This document shows positions 47,883-54,296 of a stretch of 54,296 bases of DNA, piece by piece (positions within the stretch are counted from its first letter, which is position 1; every line of letters starts with the position of its first letter). The notes beneath the pieces were generated by a model. That model saw nothing but the letters and a program-made list of their open reading frames with translations, was not told the origin of the DNA and searched no databases. Position numbers and translations under genes: made by a program. The stretch covers positions 1 through 54,296 of the forward strand of contig JARRLH010000007.1 of NCBI GenBank assembly GCA_037387205.1, written 5' to 3'. The stretch comes from Desulfofustis sp. (GTDB taxonomy: Bacteria > Desulfobacterota > Desulfobulbia > Desulfobulbales > Desulfocapsaceae).

Positions 47883-48752
47883 ATGGCGCTGCATATTGGC
47901 ACCTGTTCATGGAAATATGATTCCTGGCGAGGACTGATCTATCCCGAAGATGAGAAAATAAACTATCTCCAGGTATACAGCAGACACTATCGCACCGTCG
48001 AGGTAGATCAATGGTTCTGGTCTCTGTTTGGAGAAGACACCGCGGTGCTGCCCAAACCGTCAGTAGTCAGGGAGTACGCCGTATCTGTCCCGGACGATTT
48101 CGTGTTCAGCGTCAAGGTGCCCAACAGTATCACCCTTACCCACCACTACCGCAAGGACAAGAAAGAGCCGCTCAGGCCTAATCCCTGCTTTCTTTCGGTG
48201 CCATTGATGGAGCGCTTTATCGCGACGCTGGAGCCGCTCAGAAACAACCTCGGCCCGCTCATTTTCCAGTTCGAGTATCTGAATAAGAAGAAAATGGGCA
48301 GTCTTGGCGAGTTCATCAATCGTTTCGGCAATTTCGTTCGGCAGCTCCCCGAGGGCTATGACTATTTCATCGAGACCAGAAACCCCAACTACCTGAAACG
48401 CCCCTACTTCGACTTTCTTTCTTCGACAAAACTCCATCCCGTATTTCTCCAGGGCTACTACATGCCGTCTATATTTGAAATTTATCAGCGCTATAAAGAT
48501 CAGATCAGGGAAAAAACCGTGATCAGGCTGCTCGGCCCCGACCGGCAAAAGATTGAAACGCAGACCGGTAGTGCCTGGGACACCATCGTCGCACCCCGGG
48601 ATAAGGATATTGATCAGCTCAAGACCATGCTTGGCGATCTGGCGCAAAGAGAGGTGGAAACCTTTCTCTACGTCAACAATCACTTCGAGGGTTCGGCTCC
48701 CCGTACGATTGCCAGAATAGCTGAAGCACTCGGTCTCCCTCCATCCCCCTGA
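47883..48752 (+). CDS. DUF72 (UPF0759) family protein
   Basis: The family N-terminus IGTCSWKYDSW...Y and FxxVExxxxFY-type pattern are present. Length is 289 aa. Confidence 0.7.
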   Translation: MALHIGTCSWKYDSWRGLIYPEDEKINYLQVYSRHYRTVEVDQWFWSLFGEDTAVLPKPSVVREYAVSVPDDFVFSVKVPNSITLTHHYRKDKKEPLRPNPCFLSVPLMERFIATLEPLRNNLGPLIFQFEYLNKKKMGSLGEFINRFGNFVRQLPEGYDYFIETRNPNYLKRPYFDFLSSTKLHPVFLQGYYMPSIFEIYQRYKDQIREKTVIRLLGPDRQKIETQTGSAWDTIVAPRDKDIDQLKTMLGDLAQREVETFLYVNNHFEGSAPRTIARIAEALGLPPSP

Positions 48753-48819
48753 GTATGACATAGCTGCCTCAGCCGGCGAACCAATCACCACCGCACCCTT
48801 CTTTTCTATTTTTTAATCA

Positions 48820-48883
48820 TTTGAGCATAATTACTCTTTACACATCTAATTATAATATTTATATTATGCTCAAATGAGCATAA
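48820..48883. promoter_or_regulatory. Operator/promoter-like AT-rich region. It holds a perfect 12-nt inverted repeat, TTTGAGCATAAT (48820-48831) and ATTATGCTCAAA (48863-48874), plus a third TGAGCATAA half-site (48875-48883) abutting the RBS of the DUF134 gene.
   Basis: Read directly. TATAAT-like hexamers lie between the arms. Confidence 0.45.
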
Positions 48884-48893
48884 AGGAGGATTT

Positions 48894-49247
48894 ATGGTTC
48901 GCCCAAGAAAGCCCAGACTGGTCTCGGCCTACCCCACCATCACCGCCTTTGTCCCGCAGGGAGTCAACGTCACCGGTGAGGCGGTACTGAGCGTCGACGA
49001 GTTCGAGGCGATCCGCCTGAGTGACTTCGAACACCTGGATCAGGAAAACGGCGCCGCCTTGATGGGTGTGTCCAGGCACACCTTCGGCAGGCTCCTGGCC
49101 AGAGGGCGCACCGCTGTTGCCGACGCCATGGTCACCGGTAAGGTCCTGAAGATTGAGGGGGGAAGTTACGAAGTGCGCGGCCCCGGACACCGAAAGCGGC
49201 GCGGACGGCGTGGGCGCGGCCCCGGCCAGGGGTACGGCAAACCGTGA
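48894..49247 (+). CDS. DUF134 (UPF0251) predicted DNA-binding protein with an Arg/Gly-rich tail
   Basis: The family N-terminus is MVRPRKPR....P....F.P and the HTH-like segment is DQENGAALMGVSRHTFGRLLARGR. An AAGGAGG RBS precedes the start. Confidence 0.7.
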   Translation: MVRPRKPRLVSAYPTITAFVPQGVNVTGEAVLSVDEFEAIRLSDFEHLDQENGAALMGVSRHTFGRLLARGRTAVADAMVTGKVLKIEGGSYEVRGPGHRKRRGRRGRGPGQGYGKP

Positions 49248-49282
49248 AGATTAACCTTAACCGTGCAAAGGAGGTGAAACAC

Positions 49283-49516
49283 ATGCCTGGATATGATCAA
49301 ACCGGTCCCCGAGGAGACGGCCCCATGAGCGGCAAAGCTCAAGGAATGTGCCGTCCTGCCCGTTTCGGCAGAAGGCAGGAGCAGCGTGGCGGTTTCGGTC
49401 AGGGAAAAGGACGCCGGCAAGGCCGCGGCTACCGCTGCGGACCGGGTAACCGATTCAGACGCCGAGCCTTTAGCCCCTATGGACCACAGCTGCCTGAAGA
49501 GCAAATGGACGAATAG
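49283..49516 (+). CDS. DUF5320-like small Gly/Arg-rich protein
   Basis: It starts MPGYDQTGPRGDGPMSG after AAGGAGG. The N-terminus is typical of the family usually found next to DUF134 genes. Confidence 0.55.
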   Translation: MPGYDQTGPRGDGPMSGKAQGMCRPARFGRRQEQRGGFGQGKGRRQGRGYRCGPGNRFRRRAFSPYGPQLPEEQMDE

Positions 49517-49549
49517 TGAACAGATTGCCGCTGCAAAGGCAGAATCCGG

Positions 49550-50035
49550 CTACTCCGGTGTACGGTCCAGATTTATCAGATTGTCCCGATCCTCTTCGGA
49601 TCGCTCGGATTCTGCCAGCGCATTGGCATCATCGAAGAAGAAGGATTTCTTTCTCTCTTCGTGGGTGCTGAATCTGCTCTTGCCGATGTAGATATACCAG
49701 TCCCCGCCAACCTCCCTGCCGATGTAATGCCCGTCACCAATGCTCTGAATCACGTGCCGCTGGTCGACGTTATTTTTAGCACAATACTTGGCTACGCTGA
49801 TAAAGTCAGGATGGCCCCCCACAGAGGCCACTCCGGCGGTGGTCCGCGCTGAGCCGGGTTCTGGTGATTCCTTGCGCAACTGGTCAACCCGAAGGTTCAC
49901 GTACAGGTTTACGGCCTCGAATTCATTTTTACCGGCACGCTCCCGGGCTTCACGCCACAATGATTCCAGGCGCGATGCCCCGTCTTTCTGCAATGCTTCC
50001 CGTGCCGCCCTGATATATAGATCGTCTTCAGTCAT
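49550..50035 (-). CDS. Hypothetical protein
   Basis: It is a 161-aa ORF of normal composition with no motif I can name. Confidence 0.4.
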   Translation of the reverse strand: MTEDDLYIRAAREALQKDGASRLESLWREARERAGKNEFEAVNLYVNLRVDQLRKESPEPGSARTTAGVASVGGHPDFISVAKYCAKNNVDQRHVIQSIGDGHYIGREVGGDWYIYIGKSRFSTHEERKKSFFFDDANALAESERSEEDRDNLINLDRTPE

Positions 50036-50098
50036 GTTTGTTTCCTTTCAGTGTGTGTCACTTTGCACGGCGCCTCCCGGAAGGCGCACGCTGCGTGT

Positions 50099-51094
50099 TT
50101 ACTTGACGATACCGTAGATGATCGACGAATCGTTCTTGGCCTTGAACGGGTGGCGCTGGAGATCGACCACTCCCGCACTTTCCAGCATAGCAAGTATTTC
50201 CCTCTGCGAGTAAGATCGGCCGCCGTTGCCAGAGAGCAGCATGTTGAGGGAAAACAGGGCAGGAAATTCGGGACCGTCTTTGCTGTCGTCCAGAATAAAA
50301 TCGTGCACCAGGATCATACCCCCGGAATCAGTCACTGCAACAGATTTTTCGATGAGCCGGTAGCATTCTTCCAGGGTGCTGGAGTGCAGGATATGCGACA
50401 GCCAGGCCACATCATACGGTCCACCGGGAATGGGGTCGGTTTTAAAATCCCCGCCGGCAAATTTGATTCGTTCGTCCAGGTCGAAAGAAGCGACCGTCTG
50501 GCGGGCAAACGGCTCGGTGGTGGGCCGATCGAAAATAAGGGCCCGCAATGCGGGATTGTTCAGGCAGAAATGGATGGCGTGGGTGCCCGGACCACCGCCG
50601 AGATCGAGCAATAGTTTTCTGCCCCCGAGATCGATCTGCTCGGCTATCTGGGGGGCAATCTGCATGGACAGGTTGAACATCCCCATAATAAAGCTTTGCC
50701 GCTCCATTTCAGCCCCATAGGAGCGTCTCTGCGCGGGCCCGCCGGTTCGCACCGATTGGTCAAGCTGGGCCCAGCCGTCGACCAGGTGATGGTGATGGAG
50801 GATGATGTACCCCATATAGTCCGGTGAAGACTCGACCAGAAAACGCTGAGCCGCCTGGCTGTTTTCATAAAGTTCACCGGTTTTTGACAGCAGTCCCATG
50901 GCCGACAGCGCATCGAGCAGTAAACCGGTGGCCCTGGCCTCACAATCAATTTTTTCCGCCAGTGTCCCGGCATCGCAGCGGCCGGCGGCGAGTTCCGTGA
51001 AAACCCCAAGGCGCACACCGGTCTGTAAGGTGCAGCCGCGCCAATAGGCGCTTGAAACACTCAATAATTGGCCGGGATGCCAGCTGTTCTTCAT
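50099..51094 (-). CDS. O-methyltransferase-family SAM-dependent methyltransferase (N-terminal dimerisation/wHTH domain plus class I MTase)
   Basis: Motif I is LLDLGGGPGTHA. Its length and layout match the plant/bacterial OMT (Methyltransf_2) family. Confidence 0.65.
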   Translation of the reverse strand: MKNSWHPGQLLSVSSAYWRGCTLQTGVRLGVFTELAAGRCDAGTLAEKIDCEARATGLLLDALSAMGLLSKTGELYENSQAAQRFLVESSPDYMGYIILHHHHLVDGWAQLDQSVRTGGPAQRRSYGAEMERQSFIMGMFNLSMQIAPQIAEQIDLGGRKLLLDLGGGPGTHAIHFCLNNPALRALIFDRPTTEPFARQTVASFDLDERIKFAGGDFKTDPIPGGPYDVAWLSHILHSSTLEECYRLIEKSVAVTDSGGMILVHDFILDDSKDGPEFPALFSLNMLLSGNGGRSYSQREILAMLESAGVVDLQRHPFKAKNDSSIIYGIVK

Positions 51095-51406
51095 CGCACC
51101 CTCCTGTCAAATGTCATGCGTTATGCCCGTATCGAGAGACCTCATCCATGCCCGATGACTATAGTACCATTTGCCCACGGATGCACACGGAACATATCTG
51201 GCGAGAGGTTAACTGCATGATGGGTGTGCTTCACATTCTCCTGTCGCAACAAAGCGGTCCTGCGCCATCAAGGTGGTAAAGGGCACTAATTTAGGGTATC
51301 TTCCATGGAGCAAATCGATCGCGCCGGGCGCCGCTCCCCGCCATCTGCGACTGAGCGGCTGCACCCTGCAGGATCGCCCCCAAAATTGTCTAGTGAGGAG
51401 GACAGC

Positions 51407-51999
51407 ATGCCAAAAAGTCAAATTATCCTAAGCAAATACAGTCCACTTATGGCGGTCGATTCAAAACTGATCGGCAAAGACGGGGATCCGGTAAAAATGG
51501 AGCGGGTCACCTCCCTGTGCCGCTGCGGCGAGTCCAAGTACAAACCGCTGTGCGACGGCACGCACGCGACCATCGGTTTTGAAGGCAGCAGAGAGGACTC
51601 GGACAAAAAAGAACTTGAGTATTACCGTGGAGAAAAGATCACCATCGTCTTCGACCGCTATCTGTGCATGGGCGCCGGCTATTGCGGGGAGCTCGAAGCC
51701 GTATTCGGTACCCATGACGCCCCCAAATATGAAGCCAACGCCGCCCCGGTCGAAGAGATCATTGACACCATTCGGAAATGTCCTTCGGGTACCACCGGGA
51801 TTATTTCGCAGGTGTGGAGCAGATCGTCGTTGAAGAGGATGGACCGCTCAATATTCAGGGTTATATCACCCTGATCGACGACCAGGATTCGGACAAGCTG
51901 CTGCCCATGGCCGACCATTACGTGCTCTGCCGCTGCGGCGGCTCAAAAAAGAAACCAATCTGCGACGGCTCCCACCTGGACAACGGCTTTAAGGGGTAG
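51407..51999 (+). pseudogene. CDGSH iron-sulfur domain protein (CDGSH, divergent 4Fe-4S mono-cluster-like middle domain, CDGSH) with a frameshift near 51790
   Basis: Frame A (from the ATG at 51407, GAGGAGG RBS) gives CRCGESKYKPLCDGTH ... FDRYLCMGAGYCGE ... KCPSG, then nonsense. Frame B (ORF 51778..51999) continues YHRDYFAG...LCRCGGSKKKPICDGSH. Confidence 0.6.
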
Positions 52000-52349
52000 T
52001 GGAAACCTCATTGGCTCCACTCTTCATATCGATGAGCCTCCAGTCGTAAGGCAGATATTTTCTACGCAGTGTCCGGAGATCTCTGCTCAATGGCCACACC
52101 GGAGCAGAAAAGCAGTGTCAAGAATAGTGCTGCGCGCAGGGGCGGTATCACCAGCCTCAACGTTAAGAGTGGCAGGATAATCCTCATCAAGATCATGCTG
52201 CTCATGCTCTTACAAGCCTGACCCTGACGCCACTGCCTGGAGTCAGGGCGCCGGCGAGCGGACCACAGATACCGGGATGCAGCGATGTCGATTTTGGTCC
52301 CTATCTTTTTCACGATAACGTTCTTTGCCGGCGATAGATTCTTGGAGAG

Positions 52350-53045
52350 TTAATGCACCGGTTCGTATTTCAGGGCCGAGGGTGCCCGGCATCCCACGAT
52401 GGCAGGTGCTTCGTGAATGAGTGCGTCATTTTGCAGGGCTTCAACCATGAATAAGGCAAAATCGATTCTTCTGGTGAGATTGCTCCGCAGAACGGGGTCA
52501 CCTACATGGCGGCTCCAGACCGGTAGTCCCTGACTGTCGCCCTCTTCCAGATCGCTTCCCCGAACCACCGTCCACCTCTTATCGCTGGCAAAAATTCTCC
52601 GACAGGCTTCCACCTGATCATCGAGTTCAGCGAATCGAAAGAGCCTGGCAAGGCCGCCGAATAGTGTGACGAATGTTTTGAGCTTCCAGGAATAAACATC
52701 CTGGCCGTCGCGTGTAATATGCCATCCGCAAGAAAAAATCAGTCGTGCGTCCGGCTCGGCGCAATCCATCACCGCCTCAGCGGTGCCCGACGCATACTGC
52801 TGAATTCCCCATGGGGCCAGGACCGTCAACACCCCCTCGCAGCCTGCTACTGCAGGCTCTATGACACTACGATCATTGGTTCTGCCTCCCCGTATGGTGA
52901 TCCGCTCCTTGAAATCATCAAGCTTGGCGATGCTCTGCTCTCTGCAGACGCCAACGACCCGGTAGCCACGCTCCAAGGCGTGGCTGACCAGGTAGCGTCC
53001 GAGCTTACCGCTGGCGCCCACTATGCAGATTTTCCGCTCAGTCAA
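52350..53045 (-). CDS. NAD(P)H-binding (NmrA/atypical SDR-like) protein
   Basis: The N-terminal Rossmann motif is KICIVGASGKLGRYLV. Length is 231 aa. Confidence 0.65.
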   Translation of the reverse strand: MTERKICIVGASGKLGRYLVSHALERGYRVVGVCREQSIAKLDDFKERITIRGGRTNDRSVIEPAVAGCEGVLTVLAPWGIQQYASGTAEAVMDCAEPDARLIFSCGWHITRDGQDVYSWKLKTFVTLFGGLARLFRFAELDDQVEACRRIFASDKRWTVVRGSDLEEGDSQGLPVWSRHVGDPVLRSNLTRRIDFALFMVEALQNDALIHEAPAIVGCRAPSALKYEPVH

Positions 53046-53159
53046 TGTAGTCTGTTCCCATATGAATGTTACTGACCGCCGTCGTGTCTCGCACCAGGTT
53101 GCCGACTGAGTGCAACGGTGCGCTGCACCAACACCTTAATTTTGAGCCTGCATCTGGGG

Positions 53160-53531
53160 TTACTCGTCTGCCTCAAGCCAGTTTTCGGCCTCTTCTCTTT
53201 GCTCCCGGCCAAACGCTTTAATCTCCAAACCGGGTATCAACATCCCCTCCAACTCACTGGCTTTTTTGATCCAGTTTTTATCTGAGAGAACTGCCGCCTT
53301 GGAAAATCTCTTAATGAGCCCGAACATTTCTGGAAGACGGGAAAATTCTATTGCGATTGCACTTAAAGACGGCATGTGGAAGTCAATGACATCATAAAGC
53401 ATTCTGCCGTCTTCAATGGTTCCCGACTTGTCGACCAGTTCATCGAGTGCGGTTTTCATCTCTTCGGAATCAAGCTTGCCGCTCAACTCGATGTCAAGAC
53501 GATTATCGCCGCGCAGGGTTACTTGGAACAT
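53160..53531 (-). CDS. STAS/SpoIIAA-like (DUF3478-type) protein
   Basis: It is 123 aa. The pattern (L.G.LD.EEM...L.., AVLSDKNWIK) resembles the SpoIIAA-like DUF3478 family. This rests on my recollection only. Confidence 0.5.
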   Translation of the reverse strand: MFQVTLRGDNRLDIELSGKLDSEEMKTALDELVDKSGTIEDGRMLYDVIDFHMPSLSAIAIEFSRLPEMFGLIKRFSKAAVLSDKNWIKKASELEGMLIPGLEIKAFGREQREEAENWLEADE

Positions 53532-53927
53532 GAAAACCTCCGGTTAGGTATTTAAAGAGTGCTTCTGCTGCAGCATCCTCACCGCATTTTCTCATCTCAA
53601 GGTAGACAGTGCGACGACACCACCTGATAGTCAACATATTTGAGACGCGCTCTTCGCTATCCAGACGCTAGCTTGGGCGTATCTGGCATGCCGTCACTGG
53701 TAGCGACACTGGCCGAATGGGAAAGGTGGTTCTGCGTTTTCACGGCACACGATTCGACCGCCGAAACAGGACCACGCAGAGCGCTGGTCTGCAATCGTTT
53801 GTTCAGAAATCTTGTCATCCCTGGCAACCGTTCGCTTTTGCCCTATTATACCTGTAAGATTAGCCAAGAATTAGTGTTTTCCCGCCTCAGGAGGACTACT
53901 GCAGGCACCTCGACAGGAGAATCCACC

Positions 53928-54296
53928 ATGACCCAGCTTATAATTGGACTATTCATCTTTCTCGGCGTTCACTCGATATCCATCGTCAACGAGAGATGGC
54001 GAAACGAGATGACAGAACGGTTAGGGGTGTGGGGCTGGAAAGGCATCTATTCTGCCATAGCTCTTATGGGCCTGATCTTGATCATCAGAGGTTATAGCGA
54101 TGCCCGCAGCGCTGTGATCGAACTCTATCTCACCCCGGCCTGGCTCCAGCATACCGCCCTCGTTCTAATGATCCCCGTATTCCCTCTGCTGATAGCCGCC
54201 TATTTTCCCGGCCGTATCAAAGCTGCCGTGCACCACCCGATGCTGCTGGCCTCCAAGCTCTGGGCAGCAGCCCATCTGCTCGCCTACGGTACACTC
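53928..54296 (+). CDS. NnrU-family membrane protein (5' part; continues beyond the window)
   Basis: An ATG at 53928 follows AGGAGA. The frame is open to the window end and reads MTQLIIGLFIFLGVHSISIV...W..KG.YS, typical of NnrU. It is not in the ORF track because no stop is reached. Confidence 0.6.
   Translation, partial: MTQLIIGLFIFLGVHSISIVNERWRNEMTERLGVWGWKGIYSAIALMGLILIIRGYSDARSAVIELYLTPAWLQHTALVLMIPVFPLLIAAYFPGRIKAAVHHPMLLASKLWAAAHLLAYGTL

Noticed and set aside
52062-52313. An 83-aa minus-strand ORF in the gap between the CDGSH gene and the NAD(P)-binding gene
   Set aside because: It has no RBS, odd Arg/Leu-rich composition and no motif. A ~47-aa signal-peptide-like sub-ORF is conceivable but unsupported. 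I leave the 350-nt gap unannotated.

Overview
This is a 54.3-kb, visibly GC-rich chromosomal segment. Its gene content is typical of an anaerobic deltaproteobacterial (Desulfobacterota-like) complete oxidiser or syntroph; taxonomy is inferred from gene content only. Reading left to right, the window contains six blocks. (1) 1-5.4 kb, minus strand: the tail of a Wood-Ljungdahl/CODH-ACS module, with the Ni-CODH catalytic subunit, the CoFeSP small subunit AcsD/CdhD and the RACo-type corrinoid activase. (2) 5.6-26.6 kb: a large fatty-acid beta-oxidation neighbourhood. It holds fadH, a membrane Fe-S oxidoreductase of the DsrMK/EMO type in an operon with an SCP2 protein and a thioesterase, a MerR regulator, and a fadD / hydroxyacyl-CoA dehydrogenase-hydratase / thiolase / acyl-CoA dehydrogenase / MBL operon. 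Housekeeping and unknown genes are interspersed. (3) 27-30.4 kb: an SDR epimerase, a Sel1 protein and glutaryl-CoA dehydrogenase. (4) 30.4-43.2 kb: a nucleoside scavenging/catabolism supra-locus with cdd, punA, a BMP-family ABC importer, deoB, deoA, a decayed tdk and an e(P4) acid phosphatase. (5) 44.1-46.5 kb: nfnAB-like genes. (6) 46.5-54.3 kb: poorly characterised small genes, including a DUF134-DUF5320 pair, methyltransferases, a CDGSH Fe-S protein and NnrU. I found no rRNA, tRNA, CRISPR array, integrase, transposase or recognisable defence system. Three things stand out. First, the density of clean gene-inactivating lesions is unusually high: a tandem in-frame TAG-TAA in cooS, an in-frame TAG in fadH, frameshifts in three genes, a truncated tdk, an internally deleted cat-like gene, and an nfnB whose 3' end is replaced. 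Second, there are two separate repeated operator-like DNA motifs tied to the beta-oxidation genes. Third, AcsD carries a roughly 170-aa Ala/Lys/Glu repeat tail. Coordinates derived by hand (motifs, frameshift points) may be off by 1-2 nt; CDS ends come from the supplied ORF track.
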